Source: Chiloscyllium plagiosum (taxonomy: Eukaryota). Taken from it: a stretch of DNA of 64,000 nucleotides. The position numbers and the translations under genes are program-made. Under the pieces are notes generated by a model. It made no database searches and was not told the origin of the DNA. It worked only from the letters and a program-made list of their open reading frames with translations. The stretch lies in NCBI RefSeq assembly GCF_004010195.1, contig NC_057732.1, positions 31,408,048 through 31,472,047 of the forward strand. Reading direction: 5' to 3'. Position 1 is the stretch's first letter. The number at the start of each line of letters is the position of its first letter. Below, piece by piece: positions 1 to 12,465 of the stretch.

Positions 1-103
1 GCCATGCTAAATTGCCCATAGCATTAGGTGCATTAGTCAGAGGGAAATCGGTCTGGGTAGGTTACTCTTTGGGGTCTGTTTCCATACTGTAGGGAATCTA
101 ATC
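1..103 (+). mobile_element. HE1-type SINE 3' fragment
   Basis: gccatgctaaattgcccatag...ctgtttccatactgtaggg + aatctaatct tail, shared with fuller copies in this window. Confidence 0.8.
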
Positions 104-479
104 TCCTCTTCAACTTATGATGTCTCCAGTTCAGAGGCCTCAGAATGTTGCTCTACTGCTCAGTCAGCAACTGTGCAACCTTTCAGAGGCACAGATTGTG
201 GATTTTTGACACTCACCTAAAATAATCTTCTTGTATTGTAGGATCTCCTAAGCTTTGTCATTAAATTGGAAGTTCTGTTCCTCCAACCATCCAAGCCATT
301 TCCTCCTCAGCTACCGAATAGCTAAAAGTGCACATTATAATTTGTTCCTTAATTTTGTAACACTTCCAGCATTTTATTTATTGAAAGCAAATATTAGTTG
401 AGCTGATCTTATAACAAATAAAATAAATAAAATCTTGCAATTATGCAACATGCAATATGCTAACTTTTTCATTAAGTGG

Positions 480-860
480 AGTCACTGTTTAAGATGTAGG
501 AAACACCGGTCAAATTGTGAACGGCAAAGTCCTGTAATCACTAATGTAATAATGACTAGATCTGACTTGTAACTTTTTTGATTGAGGGATAACTATATGT
601 GAGGACACTGGAAATAACTACCCTGCTATTCTTCAAAATAGTGTCTTTTACAGCCAATCAAACAGCCAAGTGGAACATTGCTTTAATGTCTCATCTGAAA
701 GATAGTACCTCCAAAGACAGCACCTCCAAACAGTGCAATACTCCCATACTACTTCACTTAAATGTCAATTATAATTTTTGTTCTGATGCTCTAGACTGAG
801 ACTTGAATGAAGAACCATGTGACTCTAATGTGAATGTACTATCACCACAGCCACACCTGA
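480..860 (-). mobile_element. Deu-domain SINE (SacSINE1/AmnSINE1-like), decayed
   Basis: Reverse complement resembles the Deu core (gcactgt..gaggtgc.gtctt..agatgagacattaaa...ctatttt.gaagaa) and the copy at 32.7 kb. Confidence 0.6.
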
Positions 861-1779
861 CACTCATTGCAAGGTTGATGGCATGCGATTCATTAGATAC
901 ACTAGAGTTACAAATTGCCTTAGGTATAGAGTTTCTATTTAACCTTTATTAAGCTCCATCAAAATTGCAGTTGATTCTTGAAAGTAATCAATCGAATTGA
1001 CTAAATATTCTTTTCTGACTGCAAATATTTGGTGTGAAATTAGGCTCTGTAGCATTGCTGAGCTACAGCCAAGGAGCCTGAACTGCTGTGCTTTTCCAGC
1101 ACCACTACTCCAGAATCTGGTTTCCAGCATCTGCAGTCATTGTTTTTACCTGAGCTACAGCCAATGCTAATGAGGTCAAACTTGGGTGTGCAACCACATG
1201 AAGTGCAGTGCCTAATGTTGGGAAGATAATTTGCATATACTTGAATAGGCATGTCAATTATGCATCAGAAAGTTCCCAATTGGCTAGATCATAATCAAAA
1301 CCAGGTCCCTGGCATTCAGTCAGTAGTGCTAACCACCGTGCCACCATGCCGTCCTTAAGGGTCAGGCAACCAACTTATAGGGAAGGTGATTTAGGCTGCT
1401 ATTGCAAAATGTCTGGCTGTACATTGGAGAGACTTTGGAGGTATTGTGGTGATTTCCTGGACTTGACAAGGCATGTTGATACATGCTCAGAGGAAGCATA
1501 AATGACTTGGTCCCCTTTATACAAAGCTGGAAAAGATATGGGGCCTATAGTTTCATTACCTTTAGGTGATATGCCTTCCACAGATGAATATTTTGAGGGT
1601 GAGATGGATCTTCTGAATATTAAAAGTGAGTCCTGTTCCAGAATGAGCGCTACTGATGGATGAGTGGTGGCGTGAGGTGCATTAAGCAATATAGACTTTT
1701 AGGTATGGGTATGATATCCTTAGATGATGCATTCATTGACATTGACCATCAGAATGAGGTAGTTAAGCCTCTTGTGCCA

Positions 1780-3250
1780 CCCTGACAGGTCCTCCTGGCC
1801 AGACTCTTTTCATATCCTTTGGAAGGTGGTCCTTGTGTCTTTCCTGGCTCCCCTCCGTGAACCAACAGCCTCTCTCCTTCTGTCAACATCCATGACTATG
1901 GCATCCAATGCAGCATCCGTGAACTTAGGATTTAATTTAAACGTCAGGGTCCCCTGATTTGATCGCCATACCTGAAGTTCAGTAGGCAATGGATCTCCCG
2001 GTTCATCCACAGTTTCTGGTTGGGGAACATCTATGTACAAGCATCAGAATTCAAAAGGGATTCATAAATTTAGGAACAAGAACTCTAACTGATCTTCCCT
2101 TCTTCAGTCCATTCACATGAAGGTCAATCTTAGCATCCTTTACTACTATCCCAGATGGTCAATCAACTTATCATAAACTGTGAATAAAACAAGCCAAGTT
2201 TCTGAGTCAACCTATCCCCTATCCACGTTCATGTACACATATCTGATGAATCTCTCAATGCAAATCTCTTAACTGATGCATTTATAGATCTATTCGAGCG
2301 AAATAGACAAGAGTATGAAGGAGAAGAGAATAAATAGGTATAATGGTAGATTTAGGTGTGAAAAGACAGGAGGAGGCTTGAATACAACATGCATTCATTG
2401 GATTTTAGTGAACCTCTTAAATCTCTCCTTCAACTAGGTCCTTTACTTTGATTGGACCTATAAAAAGAGAGTAATAGATTATCAGTTAATGACAAAGGTA
2501 GTAGAAATAAATGGGTGCAGTTGAAGGCTTTGACATACTGTGTATGAGATTGACAGTTCAGTGAGCAGAGCCAAAGAAAGTAAAGTGAATAAGTGATCTT
2601 CAGAATGTATTATCTGACATTGTCAGTTGCAACATTTGTGACAGGCTTTGTGACCACTAGCTTCACTGTAGTCTGCTACAATTGGCACAGAATCTATGGC
2701 ATGATGCCTCTCCTTTCCTTATCAGTTCTATGGTATGGTGTACAAGCTTGCCTAACAACAAAAAAGGAATTTATTCATGTCAGCAGCTGGAAGATTGTAC
2801 AAGTATGTTCATTGTGGGAGAGTAGTATGGACGATGTATGAAATTGATAGATGCGGGGAAGGTGACAGATATTTTTGAAGACAGCAGCAAGTGCAACATG
2901 TACAAGTGGCAGCAGAAGGAAGTTCAGTTAAATTTGTTGCTTTGATTATAGGTAGTGAGGTGGTGTAGGCAAGGGGAGCTGTGTCATCATTGAGGTTGCA
3001 CAGATGAGAAGAGAGTTTGTGTTGGAGTTTTACCTGAGTAGTTTTAGCTAAATCATTGAATTTTTTGCTATATTGCCCATAGGTCCTAGAAACAGTCTGA
3101 AAAGGTATCTCCTCTTCTTGGTCACACTTTCCATAAAAGTTCCAGAATGATGTCTGAAAATTGAAGTGACCCTGTGGAACATTTTCTAGGTGCCATCTGT
3201 ATAGGATTGACTCAAATAATTCACAGACGGTACCCTGCCCCTTTAAAAGG
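1780..3250 (-). mobile_element. Harbinger/PIF transposon remnants (Myb/SANT-like accessory ORF fragments)
   Basis: Peptides PKFTDAALDAIVMDVDRRREAV and RTYGQYSKKFNDL resemble the Harbinger Myb/SANT consensus (PRFSD..LE.LV..V..RR; RT..QCRKKFNDL); probably two separate fragments. Confidence 0.55.
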
Positions 3251-3959
3251 CACATGCTGCTTTTATATGGCATCACACCTACCAAATATTCCTCTCTTTT
3301 TCATACACTTGACAATCAAAATGAACTCAGGCACAAACACCCGGTTAGCTTTTTCTGCTGTTATTGAACATGCAGATTGGTCATGATGCCCATTGTGTGC
3401 TTGCTTTCTGCATATGTTAAATGTTCAGCTTATGATTCAGTTACACACTGCCTTTGCCATTTGGAGAACATCATCTATAATCTTTTATTACTTCAGACAT
3501 TTGTATCTATTCACTAGGCACTAAATCTTTTTACAGTCCAAGTCATAACATTTCCTACTGACAAACATGGAACATTCAAAATGTTGCGCATCAACTAAAT
3601 ATGTAGTTTGAAATTAATCCAATTTTTTGACCTTCCCTTGACCGTTTATTATACTTTTTAACAAATATGCTCTTTGTAGTTGGAAGAAATTCCCCTTTGT
3701 TTACTCCTATGCATGGTTAGCTCTTGATAGATTGTTGATTTGTTGCCTAGTTACATGTTGCTGGGAAAAAAAACACAATAAAATTGGCAGAATTATCTGC
3801 CTGGGCAATGAGCTGAAAATCTATCAAAGTAAGAGGAATAAGGAGAGAAATTTTGGAGTCTGTGGGAAGAATTTAATAAGATATTAAAAGAACATTTCGA
3901 TTTCTTGGTAAAGAGAATTAAACTAGAGATTGGACCTCTGAGAAGACAGAATAATTAGT

Positions 3960-6455
3960 TACTACTAGACAGTAAACAGGTGGAAACAATGGACAAGTAC
4001 ATTGATGGCAAAGGATAACTAAGGAAAGAGTAGAGCTCATTAAGGACCACAGTGGTAACATGGGAATGAAGCAGGAGGATGTAGGTAGGGTTCTAAATTA
4101 ATAATTTGTGTTGGCATTTACTAGTGAGAAGGATGATATGGGTATAGAAATCAGAGAGAAAGATAGTGATACAATTAAAGAAATTAGCATGGACAGAGAG
4201 GAGATTTTAAGTGGTTTGGCAGGCTTCTAAGTAGATGTATCTCCAGGGCCAGATGAAATGTATCCCAGGCAGTTGAGTCAGACAAGGGAGAAAATAGGAA
4301 GGGACATTGGCAATAATTTTCAATTCCTTTCTGATCACAGGGGAGGTGCCTGAAGACAGGAGGATAGCCAATGTCATACAAGAAAGGTGGAAAGAATGAA
4401 TTGAGAAACTACAAGCCGGTCAGTTTAAGCTCAGTAGTTGGGAAACTATTGGTAGCAATTCTGAGGGACAGAATTAATTTGTACTTGGAGAGGCAGAGAT
4501 TAATCAAGAATGGTCAACATGTTTTTTTTCAATGGGAGGTCATGTCTGACCAACCTGATTGAATTTTTTTGAAGAGATGATCAGGTGTGTAGCTGAAGGC
4601 AATGTATTTGATGTAGTCTACTTGGATTTCAGCAAGGCTTCTGATAAGGTCCTGATAGGAGACTGACAGCAAAGGTTACAGGCCCTGGAATCCAAGGGCT
4701 GATTAGCTCTAGAACTGGCTGAATGGCAGGAATCAGAAGATGATGGTCGAGGCAATTCTCCGTGACTATGCCCAGTGCGGTCCCAAAAGGATTATGACTT
4801 ATATAAATGATTTAGACTTGAATGTAGGAGGTTTGATTAATATGTTTGCAGATTAGTGGTGTAGTAAATAGTGAAGACAGTCTTAGATTACAGGAGGACA
4901 TAGATGGGCTGATCAGTGGGAAATTCAGAGCCCTGTGACCATTGGAGTGCCACAAGGATCAGTGCTGGGTCCTCTACTTTTTGTCATTTACATAAATGAT
5001 TTGGATGTGAGCATAAAAGGTACAGTTAGTAAGTTTGCAGATGACACCAAAATTGGAGTTGGAGTGGACAGTGAAGAGGGTTACCTCAGATTACAACAGG
5101 ATCTGGAGCAGATGGGCCAATGGGCTGAGAAGTGGCAGATGGAATTTAATTCAGACAAATGCGAAGTGCTGCATATTGAGAATGCAAATCTTAGCAGGAC
5201 TTATACACTTAATGGTAAGGTCCTAGGGAGTGCTGCTGAACAAAGAGACCTTGGTGTGCAGGTTCTTAGCTTCCTGAAAGTGGAGTCGCAGGTAGATAGG
5301 ATAGTGAAGAAAGCGTTTGGTATGCTTTCCTTTATTGGTCAGAGTACTGAGTACAGGTGTTGGGAGGTCATATTGTGGCTGTACAGGACATTGGTTAGGC
5401 CACTGTTGGAATATTGCATGCAATTCTGGTCTCCTTCCTATCGGAAAGATGTTGTGAAACTTGAAAGGGTTCAGAAAAGATGTACAAGGATGTTGCCAGG
5501 GTTGGAGGATTTGAGCTATGGGGAGAGGCTGAACAGGCTGGGGCTGTTTTCCCTGGAGTGTCGGAGGCTGAGGGGTGACCTCGGGTGCTGGCAGGTGGGA
5601 CTAGATTGGGTTGGGATATCTGGTTGGCATGGACGGGTTGGACCGTAAGGTCTGTTTCCATGCTGTACATCTCTGTGACTCTATGACTCTGTAAGTGTAA
5701 GGTGATGCATTTGGGAAATTCAAACAAGGCAGGGGAATATAGAACAGTAGGACCCTGGAAATCAGGTGGACTTTGGTGTCCATGTCCACTGATCCCTTAA
5801 GGTAGTAGGACAGGGAGATAAAATGGTTAAGAACGTCTTCGTGATTCTTGCCTTTATTAGCCAAGGCATAGAGTTTAGGAGCTGGGAAGTTATGCTGGAA
5901 CTGTGTAAAACATTGTTTAGGCCATAGCTAGAGTACTGGGTGCAGTTTTGGAATCTAAATTATAAGAAGGATATAACTGCAGTAGAGACAGTGCAGAGGT
6001 GATGTTGGATGTTGCCTGGACTGGAGAGTTTTAGATCTATAGATAAATTGTTCTCCTTGGCGCAGAGAAGACTGAGAAGAAACATGTTTGAGATTTATAA
6101 AATTATGAGGTGCGTTGATAGGGTAAACAGAAAGAAATCTTTTCTCTTAGTGGAGGGATCAATGAGCGGGGGACATAGATTTAAGATAAGGGGGAGGAGA
6201 TTTACAGGATGTGAGGACTTTTTTTTTAAGCATCCAGAGGCTGGTGTGAACATGGAACTAACTGCCTGTAAGAGTGACAGAGGCAGAAACCTTCAAACGT
6301 TTAAGAGGTGTTTAGATGTGCACTGTGATGCAAGGCACACAGGCTATGGACCAAGTGCTGAAAAAAGGAATTAGAATAGCTAGGTGTTATTTTTAATCGG
6401 TGCGTACTCAATATGCTAAAGGGCCTTTTTCTGAGCTGGAATCCTCTATGACTCT
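3960..6455 (+). mobile_element. Older CR1-type LINE (decayed ORF2/RT and 3' end), interrupted by a younger CR1
   Basis: YKKG..NYKPVSLSSVVGKLL..ILRDRI, YLDFSKA, KCKVMHLG; many stops and frameshifts. Confidence 0.85.
4933..5690 (+). mobile_element. Younger 5'-truncated CR1/HER1 LINE nested in the older CR1
   Basis: 237-aa ORF GVPQGSVLGPLLF.IYINDLD...KFADDTK...RPLLEYC.QFWSP; (ctatga)n-like tail; host RT resumes at 5692. Confidence 0.9.
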
Positions 6456-7233
6456 TGCATTAGTGCTTCCAAATTAAAAAAGAAACTTGAGGAGGTAAAT
6501 CTTGAATTGATTCACAAGTGAGATAAGGTAATAAATAAAAGAAAAATACAACTTAAGCTAATAGACCTAGTCTAAGTAATTTCTTATGCATAATTATGCT
6601 AAGAATGGAGAAAAGCTAGGTGATGTATCAGCATAGAAACATTTGGGTGTTTACAATAATAAGAGTAGCCTCAAGTGGAAAAGAAGTTGCTTTATGTTCT
6701 TTGATGTACGAAAGGGGTGAGTACTGTTGTGAATTATCATGGATAAGTTTAACTCTTTATGCCTCTGCTCGGTATTTCAACAGACTTGTGTTTTTATTTC
6801 AACAAAAAATGGTGTTTGAGAAATTATTTTGTCATTTTACTGCCTAATAGTAACCAAATTGACATGTGCAATACATAGATTGTGTACTTCCACAGACATT
6901 ACTTACATTTTCTTATTTTGTGCTCTCTAGCTGAGAAAGTACTAGCTGTATCCAAAATATTGTAAATATTACTGTTTCAATAATGTAAAAGATCTTCACT
7001 ATAAACAGATAAGGCCAATATTTATTTTTCTTCAACAATCTAATTGATAGGTCATAATTGTGTAATTCCTTCTAATCCAAAAGTGTGATTAATCCCAGTC
7101 TATGTTCACAGATCTTGACATAATTCCAAATGCTTTATTGTATATATGTTATTTATCAATATTTTATGTGGAAGACTGTATTACATGTGATAATGCTACG
7201 AAATAAAATGATGTAGATAATATGGCTCCTTAC

Positions 7234-7443
7234 TATACAGTTCTGTGTTTCTGCCGAGAAATACGCTCTTCTGTCTGGTTCAATTCATTCTGACAATGAA
7301 GCAGCTGCTGTCTTAGTTTGTTGACCTCTGTATCATAGCTGTCAGGAAACTGATCAGCTTTTTCCAACTCTTGCCTTTGGCGCTCCAATTCAGCAGTAAA
7401 CAACTTGGCATCCTGTAATAACTTAACCTCAGACTCCTGCGTC
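7234..7443 (-). CDS. CCDC146: CCDC146 third coding exon (210 nt, TQESEVKLLQDAKLFTAELERQRQELEKADQFPDSYDTEVNKLRQQLLHCQNELNQTEERISRQKHRTV)
   Basis: Matches human TQESEVQLLQNAKRF...ADNFPEAFSTEVSKMREQLLKYQNE; acceptor tattttcag|, donor TA|gtaagg; open frame throughout. Confidence 0.95.
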
Positions 7444-7584
7444 CTGAAAATACAAATAAGTTCTTCCAGTTATAAGGCAGTTATAAGCCCATTACTTAAA
7501 GTATATTACAGAAATAATTTAGAAAAACATAAACAAAGACAAATTATAGAATTTACTTAACTATCTGGGAAGTTACACAGAATG

Positions 7585-7716
7585 GGCATTTAAACGGGCA
7601 TTGGATAGGCATATGGAGGATAGTGGGCTAGTGTAGGTTAGGTGGGCTTGGATCGGCGCAACATCGAGGGCCAAAGGGCCTGTACTGCGCTGTATTTTTC
7701 TATGTTCTATGTTCTA
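7585..7716 (+). mobile_element. CR1 3' end fragment
   Basis: gggccaaagggcctgtactgcgctgta + (ttctatg)n tail. Confidence 0.75.
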
Positions 7717-9187
7717 ATATTTCAGATTTCTGAACGGAAATAGGTATTAATTGAAATAGAACTGATAATACACCAGCTGCTAATTTAAAAATCCAGTAAT
7801 TTGCACTATGAAGAAAACGTAAGTTGCAATAAGAACCTTGGTCTCTGTTTATCAGATGACAAGCTGTAAATTCTGATGCTTTTTAAGTCATTTCCAGAAA
7901 GAACCCTAACTTGGGGACTGTGCTGTTTGCCTACAGCCCTGTTAATTGATCCAGGAGACTTTGATGGATCTCACCATATTAGATAGACATATCGAAATCT
8001 TGAATCCTGACAGTAAACATTTAGAATGCGTATATGTTTTTTGATAAACTAATACCTTCTTGCCATTCAATAATATAGTCTCCCCGGATTATTGGGGATT
8101 ATCTTGTTTGATGGATGTAACTTCAGCAGATGATCAAGAAAACCCTAATTTGGGCATGTAAATGTGGTTTCAATTAATCATGTATCAAAGTTCTAAAGGC
8201 CAATCAGGAGAATCTGTGAAGAAATTTCCACACAAAATTAATCGTCAAAGAAATCCTTCTGAGAGTTTTACAGTAGTAAGCACACATAGGCTCAAATGTT
8301 TTCTTCTGGAGGGCTCTAATATTGATGATTTCAGGAATGTTGTCAAATGAAAGGAGGGAGTGTTGGTGATGTTGCGAAAGACATAATATAGTAACTCCTA
8401 CATAATATGCTGTTTCACAACTTGGTAGCTCACAATACTAGTGAATCAAGTTTTCTTTTAATTCTTCTGGTTCCCCATCTCTTTCTTCAACTCCCTCTCC
8501 ACTTCTTCCACTTCATGTAATGTGAATTTATGTAAGTATGGTGGACTATCACTTTATGAGGCTGATGTAATATAATGATGACATCATCTGTCATATTGTG
8601 TGGGAAAACACCTTACTCAACTTTGCTGCCTGTAGAGTGAACACTTCCACAATGAAGTCCCTGCTGTTTAACACTTTGGCCTCTTGGTCTTTCTTGGAAT
8701 TTAATATCATGAAACTTCAAGGCATCTCCTCCTCCACAAATGATTATGAATCTTGAATTTGCTTTGGGCTATAGTGAAGGTCCATTCTTGATCTGTCCAG
8801 TCTGTAACTGTTGTTTCAAGAAGCCACAGGTTTGCTCAGTCAAGACTTAAGGTAACGCAGGTATCTCATTATATCAGCACCCTGCATCTGTACTTGAGTT
8901 CCTGACATTGAGGGCATAGCCAGTCTACCATGTTCTGGGTCAAATAGAGGATTCTATGAGAATTATGCATTATGAATTTGTCATAATTACTTCCAGAAAA
9001 CTGTGATAAGACCTGTTTGATTTGCTGCTGCCTGGTGCACTCTATGATGCCCTACATCTGTGGCAACCTAGCAGTGTGGGTGAGTGCCAGTGCCCTTCCT
9101 TAGTTGCCAGCTTCAGTGAGATAGTATCAAAACATAAGTTGCTGGAAAAGCTCAGCAGATCTGGCAACATCTGTGAAGAGAATTCAA

Positions 9188-9225
9188 AGTTAACGTTTCG
9201 GGTCCAGCGGCCCTTCCTCAGAACT
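9188..9225 (-). ncRNA. Minimal type I hammerhead ribozyme motif in Penelope pLTR
   Basis: Minus strand AGUU-CUGAGGA-A-GGGCC(GCUG)GACCC-GAAACGUU-AACU: stem I AGUU/AACU, intact core, palindromic ACGU stem III; one C.A mismatch in stem II. Confidence 0.7.
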
Positions 9226-9442
9226 GATGGTAGGTAGGAAAATGTCTGTTCATATGCAGTGGGTAGAGTGGGGGAGGGGTAAAGAGTAAACGATAGGTAG
9301 GGACAGAGCCCAAAGTGAGAAGAACAGTTGGACAGACAAAGGAGTCAATAACAATCTGGCTGGGAGGGTGAATAGCTGTTAATGGAAACATTTAGTGGCT
9401 AACAACAGATAGTGTGTAATGGCAGACTATGTGATGACAAGA

Positions 9443-9659
9443 TAGAATGGTGCTGGAAAAACACAGCAGGCCAGGCAGCATCTGAGAAGCAGAAAAATCG
9501 ATGTTTCAGGCAAAAGCCCTTCATCCAGAATCTTGTTGAAGGGCTTTTGCCTGAAACATCGATTTTCCTGCTCCTTGGATGCTGCCTGACCTGCTGTGCT
9601 TTTCCAGCACCATTCTAATCTTGACTCTAATCTCCAGCATCTGCAGTACCCACTTCTTC
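9443..9659. mobile_element. Penelope pLTR inverted-repeat (hairpin) insertion with 16-bp TSD
   Basis: ~80-bp arms; TSD ctatgtgatgacaaga at 9427-9442 and 9660-9675. Confidence 0.85.
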
Positions 9660-10174
9660 CTATGTGATGACAAGACTGGTGTGTTGGTGAGGGGCTAGGA
9701 CATACAGGAGTTCAGGCCCTAAAATTGTTGAATTCGATATTGAGGTGTAAAGGGTCCCCAAGCGGAAATGAGGTGTTGTTCTTCCAGCTTGCACTAAGCT
9801 TCACTGAGGTACTGCTGCAAGCCTGTCAGAGAGAAGTTGGCCAGGAAATAGGGTGGTGTGTTAAAGTGGCAGGCAACTGGAAGCTCAGGATCTTTTTTGT
9901 GCACCGTCTCAGAGTCTTTTTCGTTTCCCCCATGTAGAGGAGACTACATTGTGAGCAGCAAATGTAGCAACTTGATTGTGAGGTGCAAATAAAGTGCTGC
10001 TTCACCTGCAAGGTACGTCTGGGCCCTTGGATACTGAGGAGGGAGGAAGTAAATGGGCAGGTGACAGAAACCTGTCAGATTGGGCACAGAATAATTGATG
10101 TTGCTAATGTTACTGTTGCCAGAGCAGATTGGGACAAGCCAGAGGGATTCAGTGCTTCTGATCTTTGCTGAGAT

Positions 10175-10335
10175 ATTAGATTCCCTACAGTGTCAAAACA
10201 GGCCCTTCGGCCCAACAAGTCCACACCAACCCTCCGAAGAGTAACCCACCCAGATCCATTCCTCTCTGACTAATATACCTAATACTATGGACAATTTAGT
10301 AGAGCCAATTCACCTGACCTGCACATCTTTGGATA
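10175..10335 (-). mobile_element. HE1-type SINE 3' fragment
   Basis: attagattccctacagtg..aacaggcccttcggcccaacaagtccacac. Confidence 0.8.
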
Positions 10336-10932
10336 TGTTGAAAGCCAACAATACCAGCCAAAATATTCACTCCAGTTCAAATTGATATATCCAGTAAGTG
10401 TTCAATTCTGTCTTCAGGAAAGCATGATTACTATCGTAAATTGGTCTTGGATGGCTGGAAATTTATTTTCTGTCTCATGTAATCAACAGATGGATACTCT
10501 GGTGAAAACCCAGATTATTTCTTGTTTTCTGAGAGGAAATGGATATATTTCTTTCCCTAGTGGTTTTGGTCCCTAGTGGTTTGGTTCATAGGAACTCTTT
10601 TCTGGAATGGCACATTATGGCTCTGACTTCTAACTTTACAATGAGACAGCGCACTCATTCTAGTCAAATAGCTCAGTTCCCTGGATTAATGATAGGTCAG
10701 CACAGACTTGGAAGGAGAGGGAAGTACCTATCTCACTTTGATCCCCTCAAAAAAATTGGTGGAGTTGCCAGAGAAAAAAAATCAAATCCAAATAACATTT
10801 CTAAGTAAAACATTTGTTATTGATGAATTTAGCATATCATAAAATAATTTCCCTAAGGACACGCAGGTTTTCAATGAAAAATGATTACCAATGCAACAAT
10901 CAATCATTAATAATTATCATTTAGTGCTGTAC

Positions 10933-11015
10933 CTTCTTAAAGCTTCATGCAATAGAATGTATTTGGATTTCAAATGACCAATTTGAGTTCCTGCAATTTT
11001 TCCAGCAGAAAACAA
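10933..11015 (-). CDS. CCDC146: CCDC146 second coding exon (83 nt, LFSAGKIAGTQIGHLKSKYILLHEALR)
   Basis: Manual translation matches human [27 protein letters not shown]; acceptor ttctaacttccag|, donor AG|gtacag; phases 0 to 2 fit both neighbouring exons. Confidence 0.92.
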
Positions 11016-11444
11016 CTGGAAGTTAGAAAAGAAAGTTATGTTTTAGTAATAGTGTATTGAATATACAATAATTATTACTTATTACACAATCCAATCAGAA
11101 TTAGTGTGGATGATATTTAACATTTCTATCTTAAATAGTTTATCACAATGTCATTCATAATAAATGATCTTATACTTGTAAAACTGCAGACATACCAGGC
11201 TTGGAAATCTGTGTCATAATTATTCTGTACTACGCAGTTACTAGGTTCCAGTCAGAACCAACAATATATGAACTTTTCATAACAGCAACCCAGTGGGGAA
11301 GTTTATTCCAAAGCTGTGGACTCTGTACAAGTTCAAACAAGTATAAACAAGTCCATGAGCACTGGCTGAATACTCACAAGTGTGACATGATTGATCTCTA
11401 ACAGTAGTACTGTCCCAACATTACATACACCAATTATAATACAT

Positions 11445-11646
11445 ACAGGCTGTCCATGGGCTGTGAACAGGTCCATTCTTGAGTCCATTCGCAAGTTGAT
11501 TTGTACGGAAGTTGGAACATAATGTGGAAATGTAAAATAGCCACTTGTAGGTGCAGAAAACATTTGTATATATCAGATCTTTAAAATTACATCTCCCAGA
11601 TGGGATTGGTTGTAAGTTGGATGTTTGTAAATTGGGACCTCTTGTA
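11445..11646. mobile_element. Decayed Tigger/pogo-like MITE
   Basis: TA-flanked cagg.../...cttg ends with internal gtaagttgga repeats. Confidence 0.4.
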
Positions 11647-12465
11647 ATAGTAATTAATGGTGTTACACTGGATTGGGACTGATGATTTCTTCCAGTCCTG
11701 ATTTTGAGAAATTGAGTGCAGTCAGTGAAATGATACCTATTTCCCATGAGATTGATAAGCATCCACCTCACCATGGGTGAATCCTAATAATGCTCATCCA
11801 GCTGACAAAAGGTTCTGTGTTCTCTGCAGTTCTCCTCTTAGGAGTCTGGTTAACGAGACTAAACATAGATTGCCTTGATAAACAAAATCAATTTATGTTC
11901 AGGTTACATCTCTGCCTGGACTTCGCTACACAACCCTTGATGGACTCTCTGTAGGAAATATCACTCAATGGATCACATGAACTGTTGTGCAGTCTTATAT
12001 TTATCCTGTCATGGTGAGCAGAATAGGACCCACAATGTAGCAATTTCCACTCTCATGCATATCATTAGAAATGGGGAGAAGCCTGACCCCTAAAATAGCA
12101 AATTAAGTTTTCCTGATTTGAAGATTTGTACTTCACATGAAAACTGCTTTTTTTAACATTTAAATGGTCTAGTGCTTCACTAGTTTGGTACCCCATTTAT
12201 CATAGGCTGGAGCTGCTCCTGGTATATTCTCCTACTCTCCTCATTGAACCAAGTTGATCCAAGTACTGTCCCTTTACAGAACACTTCTAATGGACTCCTA
12301 CAAGAATTGCTGAAGAACAATGGAAGAAAGGCCAACAAAAGCTAACTCCATACAATTTAACACAACATTAAAATAACAAACACAATTCAGTAGTTTTCAA
12401 ATGGAGGTCCATGCATACCAGTAGGTTTGTAGAGACTTTTCAGAGTTTGTCATATAATGTGAAAG

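Larger units (their letters stand above)
9128..10062 (-). mobile_element. Penelope-like retroelement fragment (GIY-YIG remnant + pLTR)
   Basis: YICCSQCSLLYMGETKKTL resembles the PLE GIY-YIG motif; pLTR with hammerhead core at 9188-9225. Confidence 0.8.

Noticed and set aside
939-1130. Minus ORF (VRKEYLVNSIDYFQEST...) as a CCDC146 exon
   Set aside because: Wrong phase, no similarity, and partly Penelope pLTR sequence
4935-5648. 237-aa RT ORF as a host gene or active LINE
   Set aside because: 5'-truncated CR1 fragment with an internal deletion; no endonuclease or ORF1
1-7233. Next CCDC146 exon (expected ~LKEEK...FEKI.KPG)
   Set aside because: No matching in-frame segment found by eye; probably left of the window
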